From Lama guanicoe (lineage: Eukaryota), in the NCBI GenBank assembly GCA_013239625.1, contig MU056029.1, positions 434,001 to 498,000 on the forward strand: 64,000 nucleotides of DNA, read 5' to 3'. Shown in pieces: positions 51,921 to 64,000 of this stretch; positions within the stretch are counted from its first letter, which is position 1, and each line of letters begins with the position of its first letter. The translations under genes were made by a program, and so were the position numbers. Below the pieces are notes generated by a model, which did not search any database, was not told the DNA's origin, and saw only the letters and a program-made list of their open reading frames with translations.

Positions 51921-52574
51921 TGATCCAGGAAAAATGAATGTGGGGTGAGAGGAGGGCCATGTCCCAGGTCTGGGCTGAGTCCTGGGATGTGCCCTGCCCA
52001 GTGAGGGTCCCTGGCTTCACACAGGAAGTGATTCAAGAGCAAGCCACAGTTGAGTAGAGGTAGTTTATTTAGAGAGATACATACTTCATGCAGTGTAGGC
52101 TGTCTCTGAAGGCGAGAGAAGGGCCACGAGGTGTGGGGGTTGGGTGCTCAGGTTAAATTAAAAGTAGACACACCTCCATAGACAGAGTGCAGGACATCTC
52201 ATTCAAAAGGGAGGAGTGGCCATGAGACAAGGTGATGCCAGTTTTTATAGACTTGGTAGTTTCACATGCCAACAAGTGGGAGGACCATTCCAACTACCCT
52301 GGAGAAGGGGCTGGGAGTCCCAGGAACTGGGCCCCTACTCACTCTCTGACCTTTTATGCTCAGCCTCGAAGCCGTCATGGCACCTGTGGGAGTGTCATTC
52401 ACCATGCTAATATATTACAATGAGCTTATAATGAAGTTCAAGGTCTACTAGAAGTCAAATCTCCTGCCATCTTGAGCCTCAGGGTCTACTGGGGTTGAAA
52501 CTTCCACCATTTTGGTGTTAATTGCTATGTCATTCCTTGAATGGCTGTGCCCTGCCCCCTTCCCTCCTGTCTCA
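51921..52574 (-). mobile_element. ERV1-type solo LTR with a perfect 4-bp TSD (CTAG)
   Basis: ctag|TGATCC...TCTCA|ctag. tttatt (AATAAA on the minus strand) near 52063. Confidence 0.85.
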
Positions 52575-55500
52575 CTAGGACTGGTTTCTCCATCAAAACA
52601 AACAAAAATGTGCATTTGAATTTACAGACACAGACTTTCCAAAATGTCGTCCCACTGGGTGGAGTGAGCTGATTTTTCCATATTCAAACCAACAGGATAC
52701 TACCTATCAGTCCACTTTCACTTGTCTGACGGGGGAAATTGATACTCCAGCGTTCCTAAAAAATTTTGAATCCTGAAGGATTTTGATTTTGAGGCTGTGT
52801 TTTTAAGAGCCTTCCTGGTGACGATGTGGAAAGATCAAAGGGCGGGCATGGAGGGGAGAATGCACGTCAGAGAGGGTGAAGATGGGAAAGAATTATCCAG
52901 GTGAGAGGAAAGGAGGGTGGGATTTAGCGAGTAGCCATGGGCTCGGCAAAATGGGGCAGGAGCAAGAAAGCTGCTGTGGGAAGGATGAGAAAGGTGTTTC
53001 TCAGACATCCCAAAGCCACCCCTTTGCCCGTGCCCGGCTCTCTCCGCACCCAGGATAACACTTCAATATATGAAGGTAGATTCATCCTGAGAGACTGCAG
53101 AGGTGGAAGCCCCTGGAGGAAGACCCCAGGCTTGGTATCCTCTGCAGCATCCAACCTCCAAGGTGTTTGGATAGAGCAGGAGCCTGGACCACGTAACCAG
53201 CGAATATTTACTACTCCAAGGTCCTGGACGCTGAGTGTGAAGAGCTCTGATCTTGGGGGGAGGAAGGCAGATTTTTATTACATCTTGAGAATCTTTCTTA
53301 TACTTTCAATGCAGAGAAGTGTGTGCCTTTCATATGGTGCCAAGATTAAAAAAAAAACTTTTTTTAATGAGTTAGATGGGAAATTTCTATAGGATGATAA
53401 TGTTGTTACCTTCAATGTACTTCTCCTGAGTTGGGGAAGGAAATAAAGGATTAAGAAGCATAAAAGAAATGTGTTTAGGCTAGAATAGAAATGTTTATCC
53501 ATACTGGTTACAAGTTGGGTAGACAGAGCTCTATGCCAAGCCAGACTTGATAGGAATTAAAAATCTTGGGATGGCTGGCATTTCATGCAACATACTTCCT
53601 GTTTGATTAGCAGCAGTTCACAATGTCTCTAGCACTTCTTCTTTACAAACACCATCCCCCTCAGTTTAATGTCTGTATTTACAAGGGTGTTTTCCAGTGT
53701 TGCAGGAGTGGGATATGTATTTGGCTCTGAACTGGCATCTAACGGTCCTGCTGAACCTTGTGACGCCCTGGCCCCATGAGCAGGGCTGCCGAGGGACCCA
53801 GATGGAGAGACTGGGCCTGTGAAGTCCTGGAAAGGCAAGGGGTGAGGTCAAGCTACGGCCACAATTCCCGCAGTCGCGTGCAGGCAGCCAAAGATGATGC
53901 CAACTGAAGACCAGGCAGCCCGTGGAGGCCTGAAGGGCAGCCAGACCCATAAATTTGAAAAGTGGAAAAGAATTGTGATGGTAACAGAACATTTCTCTGT
54001 AATGTTGGCGTATGTCTTCTACCGCAAAGCCCTTCAGATTTTAGAGACATTCAACACCCCCCAAACATAAGGCTGTTGCAGCAGGCACAGCCCATCCTCA
54101 GGTCTGTGCTGTGATGGACGAGGCCCGTGGGGTGAGTAATAGGAAAACTGTCTACTGACTTCCCCCAGGGCTCGTCTTGGGGGAAGGGTGGCGATCGCAA
54201 ATAAGATTTTATGATAAAAATATTTTTAAGTAAATACAAAAGTCAGGAGAATAATGCACTACCCCTAACGGACCCACCACCCAGGCCCCCTGTTCTTTTT
54301 TCTTTTGACCATTTCAGGATTTACATAGTGCACTCAATCAGTTCCTGCTGTTTTGACATGTGTGTGATCTGTCTGGCCCTTCACTGCAATGAATCCCCTT
54401 TTGCCTATATCTTTTCACATTTTTTGCAAGTGTACCTTTAAGCTAGATTTTGAGAAGTGTGACTGTTGGGTTAAAGAGTAAATGTGTAAGTTGTTTGGCT
54501 CCACATTGCCAAATTTTCCTGTGTTGCGTTACATCCTCAGTATCTGAGAGTGTCTACTTCCTTATCGTCTCTCCAACACGGTGCGTTGTCAGTCTTTTGT
54601 ATTTTTTTGTATTTTTTAAAAAACTAAAAAAAAATTTTTTTGAGGGGTAGGATTAAGTTTATTTATTTGTTTATTTTTAGGGGAGGTAATGGGGACTGTA
54701 CCCAGGATTCAATCATTTTTACATCTCTTGTAGAGGAATAAAAGTGATTATATAAGTGAAATAAATATGATTATAATAAAATAAAATAAAGATGATTATA
54801 TAAGTGAAAACTGAACTTGAATATCAACACTTACTTCAATCTAAATAATATTTACATTATCATTTTAACTCGACTACTTAGAGTTCAAACTTTATTAATA
54901 GCATGAATCTCAAAATATGTAATTTGCAAGTCTTTCCCAAATTCTTGTTTTTAGTTGAGCTATAATTGACATACAACATTACGTTAGCTTCAGATATACA
55001 ACATAATGATTTCATATTTGTGTCTGTTATAAAATGATCACCACAATAAGTTTAATGTACATCCATCACCACATATAATTACTTTTTTTATTGTGATGAG
55101 AACTTTCAAGGGTTACTCTCCTAGCAGCTTTCCAATATGCAACGTGCATAGCCGTCATGCTGTGTATTATATCCCAGAGTGTGTTTATTTTATAACTAGG
55201 AGTCTGTGACCCACCCCTACTCCACCCCCAACCCCAGCCCCATTCCCCTGAATTTCCCCTATTGGGAGTGAGGTTGGTCACCTTTTCATGTGGTTAAGGG
55301 CTATTTGCACTTTTCCCCCCTCTGAACTCTCTGTATATCTTGCTTCATTTTTCACAAGGTTGTTAATACTTTCTTTTATTGCTTCTAAATTTTGAATTTG
55401 GAGTAGCAATTAGGGAGATTTTCTTACTCTAGTTAATAAAGAGGTTCATTCTTTTCTTCTTCTAGAACTTAGATCATTTCAAAACCCTACATTTAAATTC

Positions 55501-55797
55501 ATGTTACAATTTTACTTGTCTAGTAACTATCCAGTTGTCCCAACAATCTTTGGTTGAGAATTCTACCTTTGACTTACTAAGCCTAGGAAGTCATTTTCAT
55601 AATGTTCTCTGTCTCCATATGCCCTTGGTTCTACTTCTGGACTTTATATCTGTTTCATTGGCCTGCTGTCCTTCCGTTTGCCAGCACCACTCTGCTTTAA
55701 TGAAGGAAGCTTTATCATATGTTTTATCTGGTGGGGATGGTTTGCTGCCCTGTTATTTTCTTCCAGAGTTTTTTCTGACTACTCTTACTTAAAGAAT

Positions 55798-55824
55798 TTA
55801 TTTTGTTTTGTTGGGTAATTAGAT

Positions 55825-55867
<43 letters not shown>

Positions 55868-55968
55868 TTTTTGCTATTTTTTACTTAGTGAACATACTGG
55901 GGATCAAACCCATGACCTGGTGCGTGCCAGGCATGCACTCTGCCACTGATTGCTCCTACCCTCTCCCC
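55798..55968 (-). mobile_element. Vic-1-like SINE with an expanded (TTTA)n tract
   Basis: Consensus match, about 11 TTTA units, imperfect TSD ctgact...cttactt. Confidence 0.88.
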
Positions 55969-56579
55969 TGACTGCACTTACTTGTTTCATCTTTTCATAT
56001 GAACATTGTGATCAACTTGCGCATCCAGCTCTTCTTTTATGGCTGGATCACTTCTGAAGGCAAGGTGTCTGCCATCCCACAGGTGCTGAGAGCAAGCACC
56101 TGGATGTGAGTGTGCAGTTACACCAGCTTCCTTTGACAGTGATCAATAGCCCAGGCCCAAAGCTAAGGAGAGGTCTCTGAGCTCAGTAAGCTTACAACAC
56201 AGCGAAGAAGAATGAACACGAATTACCACGACACAAGAAGAACCCCTAAGTTCCTGAAGTGTAGAGACCATTGGATAGAAACTTACCTTAAGGCCTAATA
56301 AAGTGCTTGATTAAACTAAATGGATGGCTGTAGGAAAAGCTGGACTAGAACCCCAGGTTCCCAGGGGAACAGAAAAGGATATTTGGTTGGAATTGGAAGC
56401 CTTTGACAAGATGGTGGCATCTGTGTTTGGCTTTGAAGAATGACTAGATTCCAGTAGCTGTAAGTAGCTGTGTGGGAGGAATCACAGCATTAAAAAAACG
56501 TTAAAAAAAGGAAAATGAAGAAAAGTTGCATCTTAATTCAGGCGCTAGGAATTCAAATCAAAATGATCACAGGGGGCTA

Positions 56580-57200
56580 TTATCTTAAATTCCTCCTGGT
56601 CATTCCTAGTATATGGGAAACAATTGACTTTTGTATGTTAACTTTCCATCCTGCAACCTTGCTATAATCACGTATTACTCCAGGAGCATTTTTGTGAATT
56701 CTGTCAGAATGTCCACATAGACAATAATGTCACCTGCAAACAAAGGCAGTCTTATTTCTTCTCCCCAATTTGTATGCCTTCTATTTTCTTTTCTTGTTTC
56801 ATTGCATTAGCTAGGACTTCCAGTGTTGTTGAAAAACATGGTGAGAGGAAACCACTTTGCCTTGTTCCTCATCTCAGGGGGAAATCTTCTAGTTTCTTGC
56901 CACTAAGTGTGAGATTAGCTGTAGGTTTTTGTAGATGTCCTTCATCCAGCTGCAGAAGTTTTCCTCTATTCTTATTTTACAGAGAATTTTTATCATAAAT
57001 AGGTGTTGGAGTTTTGTCAAATGCTTTCTCTCCATCTATAAACATGATCATGTGATTTTTCTTCTTTCATTTGTTGATGTGTTGAATTACACTAATTGAT
57101 TTTCAAATGTTGAACCAGCCTTGAATACTTGAGATAAATCCTACTTGGTCATGGTATATAATTATTTTTATATATTGTTGGATTTGAAAGAGCATTATTG
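56580..57200 (-). mobile_element. Old L1 ORF2 (RT region) fragment
   Basis: Peptide IQQYIKIIIYHDQVGFISSIQGWFNI. Confidence 0.88.
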
Positions 57201-58684
57201 TTATTGTTAGCATATGTAACAAACCTTGTACCAATGGATCAAGAGAAAAATGTAAGGGATAGGAGAGCCGTGATCTCTCAGAAATTGAGTCCAGTGAGTG
57301 GTAGTGGGAAGTAGAAAATAATATAACAGACTGAGGAAGCTCCACTCTAAATCAACAGTCAAAAGTGTATATATAGGAGTGACAGAAAGAAATACTGAGA
57401 AGATAGGAAAAGAGTTTTGGAGTCTACAGTATCTGCACTCAAGTTACACAAAACTCTCCTGCAGGGGTAGCCTCCCCCGGTCTCACTCTCGACCTCAGGG
57501 CTGATACGGCAGGAGAGCTCAGGGGTTGACAGAAGCTGGCTGGGGTGGCCGTGACCAGCAAAGCCAGAGCCAACCCCAAGGGGCCTCCTGCATGCCACAG
57601 GGGACTGGGCTATGCTGACACCCCTGGTCCTGTGGTCTGAGGAGGACGCCCTGGTGTTCCTGGTGGACCCCTGCTTCATTCATAGTGCAGACTCACTCGG
57701 GGCAGGAGTAAGGGAAAGTCACAGGATTTGAAAAAGAGAAACAGAAAACTCAATTTTCCCTAAAATTTCATTAAAATATGAAATGCAATAACAGCAAATA
57801 TGAATCGGAAACAGCCCCTTATTATTCTAATTTTTTCACTATACCATGTTTTTTGTGCCAGAAGGAAATAATCTTGATTCTCAGAACCACCGTACTTACT
57901 GAGAGTTTTCTTTGCCCTGCCTCCTTCCCTCCACCTCTTCTTTCTCTGATGAAATCTCGTTTCCCAGAGTAGACAATTCTTTAAATTGACATCCACTTTG
58001 TTACGATGCATTTTATCTTTCAGCTCCATGGCAGGATCAAAGAAAGAATGGTGTATTTTGAAACAAAGCCCTTCTCTTTTGAAGAGCTGCGTACCAACAA
58101 TTCAAATCAAGGTCATTTGTTTCCTTTGAAATTTATCAAGATGAACTCTGACTCACCTGCTCTGATATTCCAAACCAGCTTCCTTTTCCAACCACTGACC
58201 TTCATGTTAGATCAGAAAGGAAAACCCTTTTTCAACTCATCTTAGTCACTCGATTTATCACCAGTTGATGTCTTCTCATCTTTTCAAAGTAAAGTAAGAT
58301 CCGTTCTCTGTATGGCCTCAATTTTGTTTTCAGCGTCTAAAGGTTACTTCAAAAACGTTGGAATCATTACCCAATTCTGCCTCTTGATGAAGGTGCTATT
58401 CTTAATCTTTCTCTATTTGTACATGAGTGTTAGTAACACCATAGTTTTTTGTTTTTCCCTCACAGAAAATGAAGGTGCTTATCACCAAGAACAGGTCTTT
58501 AACAAAAATTACTTGATTCTGAGTAGAAGCGAGGTGTCCTTTAGGGCACCCCATCCTTCTCAGGCACCTAGACAAGAACCCACACCATGGATGTGAGTGA
58601 GGGGTGAGGCACACAGCATACAGTAGCCACTCTATCCAAACAATCAGCCAATGGGATAGAAGACTGAATAGACACACTTCTCTC

Positions 58685-59540
58685 TTTTTAAAATTTGTAT
58701 TATTTTAATTGAAGTATTATCAGTTTACAGTGTTGTGTCAATTTCTGGTGTACAGCATAGTGTTTCAGTCACACATGCACATACATATATTCCTTTTCAT
58801 ATTCTTTTTCATTATAAGTTACTACAAGATATTGAATATAGTTCCTTGTGCTGTACAGAAGAAACTTGTTGTTTATCTATTTTATATATAGTAGTTAGTA
58901 TCTGCCAGTCTGGAACTCCCAATTTATCCCTCCCCACTCCCTTTCCCTGCTGGTAAAATAAGTTTGTTTTCTATGTCTCAATCTGTTTCTATTTTGTAAA
59001 TAAGTTCATTTATGTCATTTTTTAAAGATTCCACATATAAGTGATAGCATATAATATTAGTCTTTATCTGACTTCCTTCACTTAGTATGATAATCTCTAG
59101 GTCCATCCATGTTGCTGCAAATGGCATTATTTCAGCCTTTTTATGGCTGAGTAGTATTCCATTGTATAAATATACCACAGCTTCTTTATCCAGTCATCTG
59201 TTGTTGGACATTTAGGTTGTTTCCACATCGTGGCTATTGTAAATAGTGCTGTTATGGACATTGGGGTGCAGGTGTCTTTTCAAGTGAGAGTTCCCTCCAG
59301 ATACATGCCCAGGATTGGGTTGCTGGATTATAAGGTAAGCCTGTTTTTAGTCTTTGAGGAATCTCCATATTGTTTTCCATAATGGCTGCACCAAACTATA
59401 TTTCTACCAACTGCGTAGGAGGGTTCCCTTTTCTCCACACCCTCTCTAGCATGTATCAACTGTGGCTTTTTATGGATGGCCATTCTGACTGGTGTGAGGT
59501 GATACCTCATTGTAGTTTTGATTTGCATTTTTCTGATAAC
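58685..59540 (-). mobile_element. L1 ORF2 end and 3' UTR
   Basis: Peptides MQIKTTMRYHLTPVRMA and IMPFAATWMDLEIIILSE. Confidence 0.93.
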
Positions 59541-60286
59541 TTGCTTTTTTTTTTTAACTGAGTAGTGTCCTACACGCTTGGTTAGTTCCCCTCAGAATGG
59601 TAGGTGAGCAACAGCAAATTATTTGAGGGAGTGAGAAGCAAGTACTCTGCCTCCTGAAAGGATGAACAGCCGGATGCCTGCTGTCCAAGGAGAGGTCAGA
59701 ATGGGCTGGGGTAGATGTCAGGGGGACCCAAGGGGCATCAAGCCAGAGTCCCTCCGCGAGGAACTTGATAGTCCTCCACCCACCACCGACTCATGAAGAC
59801 ATCATGTAAGTGGGATGACTAGGATTCAGTCCACCAAAGCCAAGTGGTAATCAGTAGGCATTGTTCCAAGCGGCTGGTGGGGCTGGTGGTTTTTTATTCC
59901 ACAACAGGAAGCAAATACACGAGACACCCAACACATCAAGTGAGCTTGACCATCGGTCCCTTCAGCTTGGGAGGAATCAGGCACTATGTGGATTCACCGC
60001 GTGGCCACAGATGCCGAGGGGTCATTTCTAAGGGCAGCCCCTCAGTGAGGGATGCCTTGGGCTGTGATGTAGGCCAGTGGTCCCCCAGCCCAACACTGCT
60101 GCCCTGCAGGCTTCAGAACCAGCTCACCTCTTAGGGACTCTCTCCCTGTCTGTAAAACATAGGGAAACACATCACCCCGGCCGTAAGACTTTGGGGAGTT
60201 GAGTGAGACAGTTTGTAGCTCCGGTCTCTGTGCTGGTGTCTAGAAGGTGCTGGGTAAACTCTCCCGCATATTTTTCTATCTCAGAG

Positions 60287-60755
60287 TGTTACCGAAGGCA
60301 GGTTTGTGCGCCTGACACACCATGAGGCCAAACTGAAATGGAGTTTGGAGCAGAGGAAGGTTTACTGCGGGGCCATGCAAAGAGGACCAGAGGGCTCACA
60401 CCCAAGAAAATCCCGAACTCCCGGAAGGGCTTCAGCAAAACATATTTAAAGGCCAGGTGAGGGAGGGGCGCCGCAGGGTGCGTGGTCAGCTTGTGCACCG
60501 TCGTCTGATTGGTTGACGTTGAGGGAACAGGACGTCAACACTATCAACCCCCAGTGGCCAGAAGATCGGGGACAACGTGCTCTCAGTCATCAAGTAGTTA
60601 ATTTCTTCCCTTTGCTGGTGGTTTTTTAGCATCTGAAAAACTCAGGACATATACATGAGGGGCTATGATCTGGATACTTGGGAGAGGAGCTATAGCAGAG
60701 GATATGGGTGAGCAGTCTGTCCCAGGAAGGCCCCACAGGGTCCAGCTTGTTTATA
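60287..60755 (-). mobile_element. ERV solo LTR
   Basis: Starts tgttaccgaa and has an LTR-like antisense layout (ggtttactgc, atatttaaagg, ctgattggttga). Confidence 0.7.
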
Positions 60756-61294
60756 AAAAGGCCCCTGGAGCAGCCTGGGTGGGGTCTCCAAGCACACTCA
60801 CCGCCAGTCTCCCAGGGGCGTGGCTGTGAGCAAGGGTGGACCTGCAGGTCTCTGACACCAGGCCCAGTGTCACAGCTGTTGCAGGGCCAGTACCCGGACC
60901 AGCGCTCACTGCAAAGAGCAGAATAACACTGGCTTCTGATTAAAAAAAAACAAAAAACCCAGGTGCTGGGAGGAGGGTAGGGGAATCATGTGGCCCGTTT
61001 GAGAACATTTGTACAGTGTAGAGAGAGCGACTGTAAATCACGGGGCGGGCAAGTCTGCTGAGGCTGGGACCAGAGGGGAGACTGGATCGGAGGTGAGGAG
61101 CCTGTGGCTGTCACTTGGCAGCAGGAACTGGGGCACACCCATGACCGGGGCCCCACCGTCACCACCTCCAGACAGGGTGCGTGGCTGCCCTGGGCTGACC
61201 CTGGTGACCGCAGCTGTGAAACTTAGAAAAACAAACAGAGCAGAATGAACTCCCACTCCCAAACCTCAGGGAGGGAAAAAAGGAGCCAGGCCTG

Positions 61295-61790
61295 CGGGGT
61301 CACCGATGGGGGGGCGGTGGGCACGCCTGCTGCACTCGAATCCAGACGGTCAAAGTTAAAGAAACCAGACTCCAGTTAAAGGGGTGAGGGCAGCTTCTCT
61401 TCAGGGATGCACCGTTGTAATAAGGAAGGGGTCCAGCGTGAGCTGAACTCTGCTTCTACTTGCTCAGAGGTGACTGAGCATCTCAAAGGGAGACTAAGGG
61501 AATAGAGGAGGGGGGTGGGGGTTCAGGAAAGTGAGAAGTTAGCAGAAAGTGGTAAAGGAGGGGTGTCCGTCTGAGAGTTTGTTAAGGAGCACTCACCAAA
61601 GTCAGGCTCCCACAGAGACAGGAGCCCTATCTCCAAGAGTGGGATGAATAAACAGTGAATTCCTTCGGCTGAGTTTTCTCAGGCCTGCGCTTTCATGGGG
61701 GAAGGGAGGGTCCAGGGGCAACCCAGGGAGCAGCTTGAGCTGTTAGAAACTTGTTAATTTATTTTTGAAGTCTTTATAGAACAAGGAGAT
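61295..61790 (-). mobile_element. Probable old ERV LTR
   Basis: gtcaccgat...aagttaaagaaaccagactccag...tccagcgtgagctgaactc resembles MER4-group LTRs in antisense. Confidence 0.5.
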
Positions 61791-62464
61791 TGGGGCTTGG
61801 TCCAGAGGAGGGCTCAGAGGGGCCTGGCTAGAGTTTGGATGGGACGGGACACTTGTCCAGAGCCAGGTCCTGCCCTGTATCCCACGGCCCCTGCTCTGAC
61901 CCACCCCAACGAGCCCTGTGGCCTCATCACCACAGATGCCAGCCTGGGGGAGCCAGGGTGTCTCATCGCGTGTTCCCCGAGAGTTCCAGCAGCCCAAGAG
62001 ATATCCATGATGAGACATTTGTCTTTTTACTATCAGGACAGCCTCCAGCCTCTCCTCAAGCTCTGGCTGGCCGCCTTCCTCATCACACAGTGTGTCTCCC
62101 CCTGCTGCCCTCTGGCCGCCTTCCCCAGCCTCCTGTGCTCTGGGCTGCGGGCCCCACTCTCCTGAGGGCCTGGCATGCTGGCCTGCGCATGGGGGTATCA
62201 AGTGACTTGGCCCGAGTGCATCCTGCTCATCCATTAACTCCTACTGTGACACTAGAGATATTCCTGGCAGAAAAAAAAGCAGTTAACCTCTAGGCCTAAA
62301 AACTTACAGACCGTCCCTTTCTAAGAAAAAGAGGTATTATACACCTTGTAGATACCTGCCATATAGCCACGTATATCATGTGTGTGTATAGACGCGTGTA
62401 GTTTTTTTAAACAACAACAATAGTATTTACATAAATACTAAGAGTACACATATTCATCTATTAA

Positions 62465-62865
62465 TTTTTAAAATTTTTTAATTTTAATTTTTTATTGTAT
62501 TATAGTTGATTTACAATGTTGTGTCGGATTCTGATGTACAGCAATGGGATTCAGTTTTATAAATATATATAAATAATATATTTTTATTTATATATATATA
62601 ATATTCTCTTCCATTATGGTTTATTACAAGATATTGAATATAGTTCCCTGTGCTGTACAGTAGGTCTTTGTTGTTTATCTGTTTCATACACAGTAGTGTG
62701 TATCTGCTAACCCCGAACTCCTAATTTATCCCTTTGCCCCCCTTCCCCTTTGGTCACCATAAATTTGTTTTCTCCGTCTGAGTCTGTTTCTCATTTTGTA
62801 AACAAGTTCATTTGTATCATATGTTTAATTCCACATATAAGTGATGTCATATGATACTTGTCTTT
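62465..62865 (-). mobile_element. L1 3' UTR fragment
   Basis: atagttgatttacaatgttgtg...ttacaagatattgaatatagttccctgtgct. Confidence 0.9.
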
Positions 62866-63549
62866 AAGAGCACACTATGTTTAAAATCAGACATTGTGCT
62901 GAAAACACTTTTGGTAAAATACGGTGTATCACCTGGTTTTAGCTGTGAAGAGAGCTCGTTGTGGGACAGAACAGAGACGGGGTGTGTGTGTCGTGGAGGC
63001 TGGGACCCCTGCGCTCTGCACTTCTTGCAGGCTGTGTGGAATCTGGGGTCTGAGGACAGTGGGCTGGCCCTCCCCAGCAGTGTTTAGTGCTGCCCTTGCC
63101 CTTGGCCATCCCCCCAGGCCGGCTCACCCCGCACTCAGCCACTGAGCTTCGAGGCTGGGATACGTGTCCCCAGTGCCCAGCTCAGGAGGGCCCTCGGCAG
63201 TGAGACTGGCCATGGTATAAGGTCCTCTACAGCAGTTCGCTGAATATACAGATAAGTAGTAAGACTTGGGGGAAAAAAAGAGGAGCGGAGTTTGGGGCAA
63301 CGTACTTCTGTCTTCACCTGACATCTGTGCAGGCAGCCACTGGCAGCCTGGGCTCTGCAGACCCCAGCCAGAAGCAGACCTCAAGGGCAATGGCAGTTTC
63401 AAGGGGACCCTGATGGAAGGGCAGCTCCTCCAGTCTCTTCCCAAGGTGGGAAGGGCACTGCCCAAGGGAAGGGGACAGGGGGAGGACTCCTGGGCAGCCA
63501 GCAGCAGCCAAGAGGGTGTTCAGAGCCCTGGAGAGTGCTGATGAACCGG

Positions 63550-63920
63550 AGGACTAATGGTGTGCAACAAATCCTTTTGCAAATCAGAGAGTTCTAGATT
63601 TTTGCTTTCCAGGAACTGAAGGAGGAGCTAGTCAATTTATAAACTGACAGATCAAATCTTTCACAATAATTGATGATGATTAATCACGAGGTAATTTTCT
63701 GCTCATAATGTGTAAAGAGTGAAATCCTTACAACAAAACTACTTCCAGTCACGTGTATTTATTAACGTGAAGAAGTTTTCCTCCATGCTTACATACATTA
63801 AACAAGAACAGGAGTACAGCGGATACCAAACCTTATCTCAAGCTACCAGTAGGTAATATTCATCCCTGGTTGCATGAAATAAACTGAAAAAAGACTCGGG
63901 GCCATTTGTCTCATTATAAG
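63550..63920 (+). mobile_element. hAT-Charlie-type transposase C-terminal fossil
   Basis: Frameshifted peptides TNPFANQ, ELKEELVNL*TDRS, TKLLPVTCIY*REEVF, MLTYIK, DTKPYLKLPVGNIHPWLHE and HLSH follow the order of the hAT dimerisation domain. Confidence 0.65.
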
Positions 63921-64000
63921 ATGTGTTTTTGATAAATGTATATTTTCAGTGATTATTAGTAATTATTTATCGAATGTTATATTATAGTTATTTGCCTTAA

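Noticed and set aside
4257..55968. tRNA-Ala-like sequences with A and B boxes
   Set aside because: All have SINE tails, most have TSDs, and their stems are diverged. They are SINEs, not tRNA genes.
57885..58165. Minus-strand donor-like motifs (CA|GTAAGT near 57900, CAG|GTGAGT near 58157), possible upstream non-coding exons
   Set aside because: No convincing acceptors or coding signal, and such motifs are frequent by chance. Transcript data would be needed.
1..64000. CRISPR arrays, operons, prophage or other prokaryotic systems
   Set aside because: The sequence is mammalian and has no regularly spaced repeat-spacer array or dense coding region.

Overview
Mammalian genomic DNA, almost certainly camelid, judged from about 15 copies of a tRNA-Ala-derived SINE matching the camelid Vic-1 type. 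The only supportable protein-coding sequence is the first coding exon of the P4-ATPase flippase ATP10A on the minus strand (ATG 35592, GT donor after 35132), inside a CpG island. Positions 1-35131 are its first intron; no exon 2 is visible. Positions above about 35.9 kb are upstream sequence rich in L1, L2, solo LTRs and a hAT-Charlie transposase fossil. The other listed ORFs look like chance or transposon-derived frames. I see no wholly new biological system. The best leads are: (1) a 39-bp unique flank of one SINE copied into the tail of another SINE 3.7 kb away; (2) a near-perfect 758-bp tandem duplication containing that chimeric SINE; (3) a 3-codon uORF in frame with ATP10A; (4) a (CGG)7-encoded poly-Arg tract in exon 1. 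Repeat family names come from recognising consensus motifs by eye, and repeat boundaries are approximate.
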